NCBI GenBank assembly: GCA_965215015.1
Contig: OZ244042.1
Span: 4,512,001-4,576,000, forward strand
DNA: 64,000 bases
Direction of reading: 5' to 3'
Source of the DNA: Candidatus Poribacteria bacterium
GTDB lineage: Bacteria > Poribacteria > WGA-4E > PCPOR2b
Shown here piece by piece: positions 28,583 to 38,022 of this stretch (position 1 is the first letter of the stretch; each line of letters opens with the position of its first letter). The notes below the pieces were generated by a model that saw nothing but the letters and a program-made list of their open reading frames with translations, did no database searches and was not told the DNA's origin. The position numbers were made by a program, and so were the translations under genes.

Positions 28583-29674
28583 TTAGAAGTAGCCTTTATT
28601 ATACATTATCAAAACGACGACGCCAATAACCAGAATGCTGCCGAAAACAAGGACGAACCAAGTACCCCCAGAGGTCTTTTTCTGAACAACAATCTTTTGA
28701 GGTTGTGTTTGTGTCGCTGATGTTGATGCAGCTTGACCGTCGCCAGCCAAAACAATGTTCTTGAGTGCCTCTTCGTCTGGCAGTTCTTCAACGGTCACCG
28801 TTTCTTCGGCATTCTCACCATAAAATTTGTCGGCGTTCTTCTCGACATGCGACTGGATGTAGTCCTCATCTCGATTCGTCCCGGGATCGACATAGCGTGA
28901 ATCCGGCTTGATGCCCTGACTGTCATAGTAAGCCCGCCAACGTTCGTATTCCATCTGTTTTTCACGGGACCAATGCGATCTATCGTAATTCGGATGGTGA
29001 TGGTGCCACAACCAACTGTGGTGGAGCCGGTGGTTATAGTAATCGTGGAAGTAAATCCCCGAAATCATATTTGCAAATACCATACTCGCAGTCAGACTGT
29101 AGATGGAATAGCCCATAACTGGATTGTACATACCGAAGTTGTTGACGGTAATTGGGGACTGCGCCTCACGGGCTTCGCGGCGTGCACGGGCCGTGTCTCG
29201 CTCTGCGCGCCTAACTTGACGTTTGAGGTTCCGATTTTCCGCCTTGAGGTTTCGAGTCTCCCTACGCTGTTGAGATTGCAGCGATCGTTTTTGGCTGCTG
29301 GTCATGTTTTTCGTGGAGACAGCGGAGCTGGTCCTTGCACTGCCCATCGCGTTCTGTTTTTGCCGCACTGAGCTGCTTGACCGCGCTGCACTCGGTCGTG
29401 ATGAACTAACGGCACTCCTGCCGTAGCTTCTGCTGCTGCTCTCCCTGACCGTTCGGGAACTTGAGCGTGCCGAACTACCGTAAGACCTCGACGATGAAGA
29501 TGCGCTACTTCGGGATGATCTTGAAGCGGATCCGCTGTAGCTCCTGCTAGAACTTCTGCTACCGTAGCTTCTTCCACTGGATCTGAAGCCTTTTGAAAGA
29601 ACATCAGAACCGATGCTGAATGCGAATAAGACCAGAACTGCCACAATCGACACTTTTTGGAAAGGACGTCTCAT
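28583..29674 (-). CDS. Hypothetical exported membrane-anchored protein (Ser/Arg-rich region, coiled coil, His-rich segment, C-terminal TM)
   Basis: 363-aa ORF with GGAGG RBS, signal peptide, HHRLHHSWLWHHHH. Confidence 0.75.
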   Translation of the reverse strand: MRRPFQKVSIVAVLVLFAFSIGSDVLSKGFRSSGRSYGSRSSSRSYSGSASRSSRSSASSSSRSYGSSARSSSRTVRESSSRSYGRSAVSSSRPSAARSSSSVRQKQNAMGSARTSSAVSTKNMTSSQKRSLQSQQRRETRNLKAENRNLKRQVRRAERDTARARREAREAQSPITVNNFGMYNPVMGYSIYSLTASMVFANMISGIYFHDYYNHRLHHSWLWHHHHPNYDRSHWSREKQMEYERWRAYYDSQGIKPDSRYVDPGTNRDEDYIQSHVEKNADKFYGENAEETVTVEELPDEEALKNIVLAGDGQAASTSATQTQPQKIVVQKKTSGGTWFVLVFGSILVIGVVVLIMYNKGYF

Positions 29675-29791
29675 ATTAACTGCCTCCTTGGGAAGTTGGG
29701 GTAAGCTCTCCTATCTCATTGAACACTTGTGTCCCCATAAAAGTTCCTTACGCATAAAAAATAGGGAGAAATTGGTATCACCAAAATTTGC

Positions 29792-29820
29792 TTGACAATT
29801 TATAATGCGTGCATTATTAT
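29792..29820 (+). promoter_or_regulatory. sigma70 promoter of tRNA-Arg
   Basis: TTGACA-N17-TATTAT just upstream of the tRNA. Confidence 0.7.
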
Positions 29821-29833
29821 TACAATCCAAGGT

Positions 29834-29910
<77 letters not shown>

Positions 29911-30367
29911 ACCTACCGCATTTCTTTTTATCTTCACACTTCCGACGTGGAATGACCATTAATTTGTAATTTGCATATCCAATAGGAAAATTATACTTTC
30001 TATCTGCTCTCTCTGTCAATGATTTGTTTTCTTACCCGCCATGTTTTATGTATCCTTCCAATTATGTATCCTTCCAAAATAGCAATAAACTGCTACGATT
30101 TTGACGCTATTATCGAACCGCAGATTTTATAGAGGCGAAACCCTAGTGTCTCCCCCGATTCGTGCATATCTAAAACTACCTTCGTTGTCAATGTATCCGA
30201 ACCATTTTTTTGCTTGTATTATTATTAGGGGTATGATACTTTATCGCACATGTATTATATCATAACTTCAAACTTTCACGTTACACATCACATTTTACAT
30301 TCGCTGTGATGCTGCGGCAAGCAGAATATCTGTTGCCTTAGCATACGAAAGACATAAGGAGGCGTAT

Positions 30368-31252
30368 ATGAGTCTTGATGTTCGATCCCCAAAATTATTA
30401 GACCTGATTGATGCCGATGCACAACTGGAGCAACTCGGTACCGGCTGTGAGTTTACAGAGGGACCCGTCTGGAATGCTGAAGGGGCGTTCCTGTTGTTCA
30501 GCGACATTCCTGCAAATCAGATGAAAAAGTGGACGCCGGAGTCAGGTATCACCAATTTTCGTGTCCCTTCCGGTAAATCTAACGGCTTAACCTATGATAA
30601 GCAGGGCAGGCTTATCGCGGCCGAACATGCCAATCGCCGAGTTTCACGGACCGAAGCGGATGGGACGGTGGCCACGATTGCATCACATTATGAGGGCAAG
30701 CGATTGAACAGTCCGAATGATGTGGTTGTGAAATCGGATGGCAGCATCTATTTTTCTGATCCACCCTACGGTTTAACAGCCGAATATGGTGTTGAAGGGG
30801 AGCAAGACCTCGACTTCCAAGGTGTCTATCGGCTTTCCCCCGACGGTCAGACACTGACACTGTTGATTGATGATTTTGATCGCCCGAATGGACTCTGCTT
30901 CTCACCGGACGAGTCAATCCTTTATATTGACGATACAGAACGGATGCATATCCGCGCATTTGATGTTCAACCAGATGGTACAATTACGAATGGACGGATT
31001 TTTGCCGAAGAAGAAGGCGAAGACGGAGTGCCAGATGGTATGAAAATTGATGAGCACGGCAATGTTTATCTCACCGGTCCAGGTGGTATTTGGATTTTCG
31101 ACACATCGGGGCAGCATCTTGGGATCATCCAAATCTCTGAGCAGGCTGCCAATCTCGCCTGGGGCGGCGATGATTGGAGTACCCTTTTTATCACAGCAAG
31201 TACCTCGCTTTATCGTATCCAGTGCAAGGTCACAGGGATTCCTGTTCCATAA
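30368..31252 (+). CDS. SMP-30/gluconolactonase family protein
   Basis: FTEGPVW, RLNSPND, PNGLCFSPD, PDGMKID. Confidence 0.93.
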   Translation: MSLDVRSPKLLDLIDADAQLEQLGTGCEFTEGPVWNAEGAFLLFSDIPANQMKKWTPESGITNFRVPSGKSNGLTYDKQGRLIAAEHANRRVSRTEADGTVATIASHYEGKRLNSPNDVVVKSDGSIYFSDPPYGLTAEYGVEGEQDLDFQGVYRLSPDGQTLTLLIDDFDRPNGLCFSPDESILYIDDTERMHIRAFDVQPDGTITNGRIFAEEEGEDGVPDGMKIDEHGNVYLTGPGGIWIFDTSGQHLGIIQISEQAANLAWGGDDWSTLFITASTSLYRIQCKVTGIPVP

Positions 31253-31282
31253 ATGCTGTCAGTGACTGAGGAGGCGACAAAA

Positions 31283-31798
31283 ATGAAAAAGTTGACGCGG
31301 TTGACGATTCTGATTGCTGTCCTGTCTGTTTTGATACTCAGTCTAAACACACCTATAAACCCAGAAGTTGCTATGAATCCCGATCCAGTCGGGGAGGAGG
31401 GAAACAAGATGGATATGAAAATTTGGAAAATCGCGCTCTTGATGAGCGATATGGAAAAAGCGGAAGACCTGTATGTCAATAAACTCGGTCTTAAGGTGAT
31501 AGACCGTCTAGACCTCGGTGAAATTGGTGAGGCACTCTTCTTGGATGCGGGTAACGTGAATCTAGAGCTCATCCCTGCCGCCGCATTTGAGGGGGTCTGG
31601 GGTTTAGACCGCCCGGGCGTACATCACATCTCGTTTAAGGCTGACGATGTTGAAGCAGGGACGGAAGTACTGCGCGAAAAAGGCATTACTGTCAAAAAGG
31701 AGCCTTTCCAACCGCTTGAAGGAATGACACTTGCCTTCTTTGATGGACTTGATGGGGTCAACCTACAACTGTACCGTCACGATAAGGGAGAGGAATAA
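31283..31798 (+). CDS. VOC/glyoxalase family protein
   Basis: LELI...GVHHISFKADDVE...FFDGLDGVNLQL. Confidence 0.8.
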   Translation: MKKLTRLTILIAVLSVLILSLNTPINPEVAMNPDPVGEEGNKMDMKIWKIALLMSDMEKAEDLYVNKLGLKVIDRLDLGEIGEALFLDAGNVNLELIPAAAFEGVWGLDRPGVHHISFKADDVEAGTEVLREKGITVKKEPFQPLEGMTLAFFDGLDGVNLQLYRHDKGEE

Positions 31799-31861
31799 GG
31801 ATCGGCATAGCCCCTATGCTGATATCAAGCTCGAACAATTGCATTACGGATTGGCATACCC

Positions 31862-32305
31862 ATGAAAGTCAAAATCAAACGTCTTGATAAAGCTCTACCA
31901 CTGCCGCAGTATGAAACAGGTGGTTCCGTCGGTTTTGATCTATTATGCCGTGAATCAGTGACGGTCGCGCCTCAGACGGTGGCATTGATTCCGGCAAACG
32001 TTATCGTCGAAACGCCGCCGGGGTATATGTTAATGGTGACATTACGCAGCAGCACGCCTCGTAAACTAGGGTTGTTGATTCCGCATGGGGTTGGGGTTAT
32101 CGATCTGGACTATTGTGGTGAAGGTGATGAGATCCAAATCCAGGTCTATAATTTCACAGGCCAACCCGTTACAGTCGAGAGTGGCGATAAGATCGCACAA
32201 GGCATCTTTGTACGAGTGGATACCGCTGAATGGTCAGAGGTGTCCGAAATGCACTCACAGACGCGCGGTGGGTTTGGCAGCACGGACAAAGGAGGGATTC
32301 ATTAG
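31862..32305 (+). CDS. dut: Trimeric dUTPase
   Basis: GFDL, RSS, GVIDLDY, IAQG, RGGFGST motifs. Confidence 0.92.
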   Translation: MKVKIKRLDKALPLPQYETGGSVGFDLLCRESVTVAPQTVALIPANVIVETPPGYMLMVTLRSSTPRKLGLLIPHGVGVIDLDYCGEGDEIQIQVYNFTGQPVTVESGDKIAQGIFVRVDTAEWSEVSEMHSQTRGGFGSTDKGGIH

Positions 32306-32308
32306 TAC

Positions 32309-32475
32309 TAGGAGTTACGCGCTTCTAGCGGGAACAGCTATAGTTGTTCCATACGGATACTTAATAGTACACCTACTTACTGGTGTTGCCCGATTCATCG
32401 GACGGCGAGAGTTGTCATGTGCGGCGATGAATTGCCAAACCATAAGGCTTCGAGGGTTCAACTGCGTAAGCCCTA
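32309..32475. mobile_element. MITE with TAGGA(G/C)TTACGC-type TIRs and 5-bp target duplication
   Basis: TAGGAGTTACGC...GCGTAAGCCCTA flanked by AGTAC on both sides. Confidence 0.7.
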
Positions 32476-32540
32476 AGTACATTGATTCACTGGTTTTTAA
32501 TGGACTTATGCACTGATCTACTAATGAATTTCAAGAAAAG

Positions 32541-33359
32541 ATGAAGCAGTATTTAGACGCGTTGAGACAGATTATAGAGACAGGTGCAGATCGTGGGGGC
32601 CGTAACGGGCTCACCCGTGCCCTGTTCGGTATGCAGATGCGTTACGACATGGCAGCTGGTTTCCCCGCTGTCACGACCAAAAAGCTAGCGTTCAAGGTCA
32701 TGAAAGCTGAACTTTTAGGCTTTTTGAGAGGCTACTCCGATGTCAATGATTTCCAGAAGTTGGGTTGTCATGTCTGGGACGCGAACGCGGAGGCGGCTTA
32801 CTGGAAGCCAAAAGCGCGGTTTGAGGGCGATCTCGGGCGAATTTACGGCGTGCAGTGGCGCTCCTGGAAGGCCCCCGACGGACAAATTGTAGACCAGCTT
32901 TCCAATACCATTGAAGGCATTAAAACGCAGCCCTACAGTCGTCGCCATGTCGTAACGGCGTGGAACCCGGGTGAGTTGGATCAGATGGCACTTGAACCGT
33001 GTCCCACGCTTTTCCAATTTTTTGTGGCTGACAGGAAGCTATCGCTTCAGTTGTATCAGCGCAGTTGTGATATGCTTCTGGGTGTACCGTTCAATATCGC
33101 CTCATACTCCTTGCTGCTGCACATGGTCGCGCAGGTAACGGACTTGGTGCCGGGTGAGTTTATCCACACCTTGGGTGATGCACATATCTACCACCTCCAT
33201 TTCGAGCAGATAGAAACACAGTTGCAGCGGGAACCGCTTGAACTTCCCGAACTTCACTTGAATCCGAAGATAAAATCGATAGACGATTTCAAGATGCAGG
33301 ACATCCAGCTGCACAACTATAAACACCACCGCACCATCAAAGCACCGATGGTTGTATAA
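32541..33359 (+). CDS. thyA: Thymidylate synthase
   Basis: TTKKL, IYGVQWR, AWNP, PC nucleophile, YQRSCD..LGVPFNIASY, GDAHIY. Confidence 0.95.
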   Translation: MKQYLDALRQIIETGADRGGRNGLTRALFGMQMRYDMAAGFPAVTTKKLAFKVMKAELLGFLRGYSDVNDFQKLGCHVWDANAEAAYWKPKARFEGDLGRIYGVQWRSWKAPDGQIVDQLSNTIEGIKTQPYSRRHVVTAWNPGELDQMALEPCPTLFQFFVADRKLSLQLYQRSCDMLLGVPFNIASYSLLLHMVAQVTDLVPGEFIHTLGDAHIYHLHFEQIETQLQREPLELPELHLNPKIKSIDDFKMQDIQLHNYKHHRTIKAPMVV

Positions 33360-33370
33360 AGGGCGTACAG

Positions 33371-33871
33371 ATGATTATCTCCGTCATTGCGGGCATGGAT
33401 AAAAATCGCCTGATTGGTCAGCGCAACCGATTGCCGTGGAAACTGCCTGCCGATCTGAAACACTTCCGGCGACATACATTGGGCAAGCCTGTGTTGATGG
33501 GACGTAAGACCTTTGAGTCAATTGGCAAGCCGTTGTCGAAGCGCACCAATATCATACTAACACACGACCGCGATTATCGGGCGGAAGGCTGCATTGTGAG
33601 CCATTCTATCAAAGAAGCATTGGAGGCGGTTAAAGACTGTGAAGAACTCATGATAATCGGCGGTGCCTCGATTTACAAACTATTTTTGCCACGTGCCAAT
33701 CGCCTTTATCTGACATGCATCCACGATTGTTTTGAGGGCGATGTCTATTTCCCGGCATTTGATCTAGCTAACTGGCAAGCGGTCAAACGGGTTGACTGCC
33801 CGCCGGACGAAAAAAATCCGTATCCATATAGCTTTCTTTTCCTGCACAGAAGGAGCGAAAATGCCCAATAA
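33371..33871 (+). CDS. folA: Dihydrofolate reductase
   Basis: LPWKLPADLKHF, MGRKTFESIG, IIGGASIY, GDVYFP. Confidence 0.95.
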   Translation: MIISVIAGMDKNRLIGQRNRLPWKLPADLKHFRRHTLGKPVLMGRKTFESIGKPLSKRTNIILTHDRDYRAEGCIVSHSIKEALEAVKDCEELMIIGGASIYKLFLPRANRLYLTCIHDCFEGDVYFPAFDLANWQAVKRVDCPPDEKNPYPYSFLFLHRRSENAQ

Positions 33872-34523
33872 TCGGCTAAAGCTCTGTATGCTCTCCGGTT
33901 CTTTTGAGTACGATTCAGAAGTGTCTCTCGCTGTTTTCCATGAGTATATCGAGAAAAATTACCCCGTTCAATCAACGCGAATCATCTATCAAAATGAGGA
34001 CGACGATCCATCCCTCGAACCGTTGCAAGATACGGATGTGTTGTTGGTTTTCACGCGACGGCTTAATACCACAGGTAAAGAACTAGATCGTTTCAAAGCG
34101 TATTGTGCCCAAGGCAAACCCATCGTGGGGGTACGGACAGCAAGTCATGCGTATCAGAATTGGCTCGCCTTTGATAAAGAGGTTCTCGGCGGGGACTACC
34201 AGGGGCATTATGGCAGCGGTGCCATTGCACGCGCCGAAATCAATCCAAGCGCGAAAGACCATCCCATTTTACAGGGCATCTCAAACTTTGACTCCTATGG
34301 CAGCCTTTACAAAAATCCCTCTATCGCTGCTGATACGACGCTGCTCTTGAACGGATACACGAAAGAACATGCGGAGCCAGTGGCATGGACGCGCAGCCAT
34401 CGTGGTGGGCGCATCTTCTACACCTCACTCGGACATCAGAGAGATTTTGAGGTTGAGATGTTTCTACGTCTGCTTGCGAATGCGGTGCTGTGGGTAGGTG
34501 GACAGTTAGATACAACATGCTAA
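33861..34523 (+). CDS. ThuA-like domain protein
   Basis: GVRTASHA, HPIL, EPVAWT...GGRIFYTSLGH. Confidence 0.85.
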   Translation: MPNNRLKLCMLSGSFEYDSEVSLAVFHEYIEKNYPVQSTRIIYQNEDDDPSLEPLQDTDVLLVFTRRLNTTGKELDRFKAYCAQGKPIVGVRTASHAYQNWLAFDKEVLGGDYQGHYGSGAIARAEINPSAKDHPILQGISNFDSYGSLYKNPSIAADTTLLLNGYTKEHAEPVAWTRSHRGGRIFYTSLGHQRDFEVEMFLRLLANAVLWVGGQLDTTC

Positions 34524-34525
34524 TA

Positions 34526-34713
34526 TAACGCTAGTTGCTAGTAGTAGGCATACGCCGGATCCCGTCCCTCCCTTCCCCTGCTAAGAACCTCCACCCCCCG
34601 CAAGCAGGAGGAGGGCACGGCGGAGCGGGCCGACTACTTTGGGATTCACGGTCGCCGCCCGATATGGGACCTTTTTTAATGTTGGCTTCGAGGGTTCAAC
34701 TGAGTAAGTCCTA
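34526..34713. repeat. Composite REP/MITE-like element, copy 2
   Basis: Matches 12905-13054, then ends in GGCTTCGAGGGTTCAACTGAGTAAGTCCTA shared with the 32309 MITE. Confidence 0.7.
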
Positions 34714-34798
34714 ATATAAGCAACATGCTAAACATTGCAATGCAAAGCGGGAGCGATCCCCACACTAATCTAAATCACAGTCGGCGAAGGTAAAATCT

Positions 34799-35791
34799 AT
34801 GGGAAAGATTGATTACAGAGATTTTGACCGGGACATTTGGGAGCGAGAGTTGGAAGATTTCGTGCCTTCTGTAGTCTACGACATGCACACCCACATGTGG
34901 TCGGAAGCGCACAAAGGTACACTGATAGATCCGCCCACCGGACTCCGTCGGGAGATTGATTATCAGGACCATCTGGCATGGGCGGCGAAACTGTATCCGG
35001 GGCGCGAGATGCACTACCTTGTTTTGGGAACTCCGATGCCGGGCATGGATGCAGAGGGACACAACGACTGGATGGCAGCGCAGATGACAGCAGATCCACA
35101 ATCGGCAGTGAACATGATGGTCACACCGGAGATGACACCGGACTATGTCGCAACACAGGTCAAAAAACACGATTTCTTTGGACTAAAGCCGTATCGCACG
35201 TTTGCGCCGGATCCGGCGAACGCTCGCATCCGGGATTTCCTGCCCGAATCTTTTATCGAGGTTGCACACGAGATGGGACTGGCGATTACCATGCACCTTT
35301 CCAAGAAAACGGGTCCGGCTGATCCCGAAAACATAAAAGACCTGCAATACTACACGAAACAGTATCCGAGAGCCCAATGGATTCTCGCACACTGCGCTCG
35401 CGCCTTCAACGCGTTTATGATGGAGGAGGCCATCCATGTCCTCAAAGAGATGCCGAATATCTGGTACGACACATCAGCGGTGAACGATATCTACTCTCAC
35501 TTTCTGCTGATGAAACATGAGGACCGTAACCGGGTTATGTTCGGATCGGACAATATCGTAGCGGGATGTGCACGCGGTAAGTACATCACTTATGGCCGGG
35601 CGTGGGAGTATTATGGCGGTTTTCCAGATTTGCCGCACTGTGATCCGACCCCAACGTTTGTGATTTACGAGCAGTTGCGCCAAGAGCGGCAGGTCGCAGA
35701 TATGCTCGGATTGACCCCGGGCGAAATTGAGGATCATTTCTCCGGAAATGCAATACGCTTTATCAAGCAGGTCAGAGCGAGTCGTAACTAG
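34799..35791 (+). CDS. Amidohydrolase_2 family protein
   Basis: DMHTH, ILAHCA, WYDTS, MFGSD. Confidence 0.85.
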   Translation: MGKIDYRDFDRDIWERELEDFVPSVVYDMHTHMWSEAHKGTLIDPPTGLRREIDYQDHLAWAAKLYPGREMHYLVLGTPMPGMDAEGHNDWMAAQMTADPQSAVNMMVTPEMTPDYVATQVKKHDFFGLKPYRTFAPDPANARIRDFLPESFIEVAHEMGLAITMHLSKKTGPADPENIKDLQYYTKQYPRAQWILAHCARAFNAFMMEEAIHVLKEMPNIWYDTSAVNDIYSHFLLMKHEDRNRVMFGSDNIVAGCARGKYITYGRAWEYYGGFPDLPHCDPTPTFVIYEQLRQERQVADMLGLTPGEIEDHFSGNAIRFIKQVRASRN

Positions 35792-36181
35792 GTTTTGTTG
35801 ACATTTGATAACGTAATGAGTAGATAGGGACTTTTCTCTGAATTTAACGTAAAGTCGCACCCCCTTACGCCCCTCAGTCCCAAATACCCACACGGTATCC
35901 CCGCAAGCAAGGGGGAAATAGGCTCCCCTGCCCCCACTTGCGGGGGGCTAGGGGGCTTAGCGGGGGAGGGCGCAAGTTCCGATTCGGTTGCGCGCTAAAT
36001 GAGATATGAATATAGACCTACAGGTTGGGCGCAGGCGAAATCCCGATTGGGATTTTCAACGTGCCCGTTCTCATGATACTCCGCATCGGTTGGTTAGGAA
36101 GCCCAACCTACAACTTTGTTGACATCTTAACAGTTGGCCGCAGCAAAATGCCAACACGCCCTAGGGAAAGGAAGGCAGCCA

Positions 36182-37276
36182 ATGAAAAGAACACCACTCT
36201 ATGAAACCCATCATATACTTGGGGCAGCGTTTACGAAGAACCGTGAAGATTGGGAACTGGTTGAGTATTTTACTGATTCTCAGCAGGAACACCGCGCAGT
36301 GAGGCAGGGCGTCGGCGTCGTAGACCTCTCGCACCGTGGGAGGCTCCGTCTTACGGGGAGCGACCGAGCAGCATACCTCCATCGTATTATCTCTAACGAT
36401 GTTGAGGGGTTGGCGATTGGAGAAGGAAACTACGCAACCATTCTGACAAATCGTGGAAAAATCATCGCCGACATGAACGTATATGTTTTCGAGGATTCCA
36501 TCGGTATTGAGACCAACCCTGAAAAGACATCAAGCCTCTATCAGGAATTGGACAAGTACCTGATTGCCGACGACGTAACCATCAAAAATGTCACCGAACG
36601 CACCGGTGCTGTTGGTGTCCACGGACCAGAATCTGCTCAACTGCTTCAGGAAGTCTGTGGATTGGATGTCGGGTGTCTCCCGGCATATCACAACCTTGTT
36701 CATGAGATCGACGGCCGACGCATCGTCTGCGTCCGTGCCAACGAAACAGGCGAGCTTGGCTACAATCTTTATACAGAATCTGGATCGATAGAGTGGCTAT
36801 GGGATACGACCTTGACGAAGGGACGGGTATTTGGCGCACAGCCTGTGGGCTTAACTGCCTTGAACACCCTCCGTATTGAGGCAGGTATCCCTCGATACGG
36901 AGCAGAATTGGACGATTCGATTTTTCCGCAGGAAGCGGAGTTAGAAGGTGCAATCAGCTTCGAGAAAGGTTGCTATATCGGTCAGGAAATTGTGGCGCGC
37001 ATGAAGTATCGGGGTCACCCGAACCGCCTACTACGCGGATTTGAAATCATCAGCGATACACCGCCCCAGAAAGGCGATCGCCTCTTTGATGGAGATAAAG
37101 AGATTGGTTGGATAACCAGTGCGGTTGTTTCACCCACGTTTGGCAAGACGATTGGGATGGGGTATGTCCGAATCGCGTTTACCGATGAAGGCAGTCAGGT
37201 GGAAGTCGAAACGGCGGGCTGTCGAGTGAAAGCCACAGTTCGGCTGTTGCCCTTTTATCAGAATCTTCCAATCTAA
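36182..37276 (+). CDS. GcvT/YgfZ-like folate-binding aminomethyltransferase family protein
   Basis: RTPLY, DLSHRG, LRIEAG, KGCYIGQE motif. Confidence 0.88.
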   Translation: MKRTPLYETHHILGAAFTKNREDWELVEYFTDSQQEHRAVRQGVGVVDLSHRGRLRLTGSDRAAYLHRIISNDVEGLAIGEGNYATILTNRGKIIADMNVYVFEDSIGIETNPEKTSSLYQELDKYLIADDVTIKNVTERTGAVGVHGPESAQLLQEVCGLDVGCLPAYHNLVHEIDGRRIVCVRANETGELGYNLYTESGSIEWLWDTTLTKGRVFGAQPVGLTALNTLRIEAGIPRYGAELDDSIFPQEAELEGAISFEKGCYIGQEIVARMKYRGHPNRLLRGFEIISDTPPQKGDRLFDGDKEIGWITSAVVSPTFGKTIGMGYVRIAFTDEGSQVEVETAGCRVKATVRLLPFYQNLPI

Positions 37277-37749
37277 CACCCCGTCTTTTAAGACGGGGGT
37301 ATAAACAGTATTATGGGACTCAAGCTGACACCGAAAGGACAGGAAAGGACATCGTTTACTTTCAAGGCAGACAACTTTTCAGAACCGTAACGCATCTGAT
37401 TACTATTTCAATCATTGGACTTGTGAGCATCCCTCAAGTACCCAATCGTAGGAGCTTGGTTGCCTCGCCCAATGGGTAGCAACTTGCGTTAAGATAGTCC
37501 CTAAAATTTCAGAATTGTGGACTATGTAGGGAACGCGGATTTGCTTTCCCTACAGGCTGATTCATCGAACACCGATGAAATCACCTTTTTGGTTTGACAG
37601 AGATGTTCCTTATTTGTTAAACTCTGCGCGCATGTTGAGGCAAGTGGGCTTGTTACTTATCACGAAGGTTCATGTTAAGAAATCGTTTGCGTTTTGTACC
37701 TTCTTTTTATATGAGCCATCACGAAAAGCCCGAAGCGAGGGAAAAAGAT

Positions 37750-38022
37750 ATGACAGGAAACGATAAAAACCGTGCCTATTGGAAAAAGAATCTGCAATAT
37801 CTGAGTGCCTTGCTAGTTGTATGGTTCAGCACCTCTTACGGTTGTGCAATCCTGTTTGTCAACTATCTCGACAAAATTAAAATCGGCGGTTTTCGTCTCG
37901 GTTTCTGGTTCGCACAACAAGGGTCAATTTACGTCTTTGTTGTGTTGATTTTCATCTATGTCTACCTGATGAATCGCCTTGATAAGCGGCACAGTGCCCC
38001 CGAAAGAGAGGAAGATGAATGA
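37750..38022 (+). CDS. DUF4212 small membrane subunit of a solute:sodium symporter
   Basis: AYWKKN...LGFWFAQQGSIYVFVVLI; overlaps the symporter start. Confidence 0.85.
   Translation: MTGNDKNRAYWKKNLQYLSALLVVWFSTSYGCAILFVNYLDKIKIGGFRLGFWFAQQGSIYVFVVLIFIYVYLMNRLDKRHSAPEREEDE

Noticed and set aside
30045-30077. 16-bp direct repeat TTATGTATCCTTCCAA after tRNA-Arg
   Set aside because: Only two copies in AT-rich DNA; most likely local slippage
32985-33015. ThyA active site PCP instead of PCH as a sign of inactivation
   Set aside because: The catalytic Cys and other motifs are intact; the His position varies in active enzymes such as B. subtilis ThyA
37277-37301. ACCCCGTCTT-TT-AAGACGGGG hairpin as an IS200/IS605 end or omega-RNA
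   Set aside because: No tnpA/tnpB/iscB nearby; it sits right after a stop codon and is more simply a 3' hairpin
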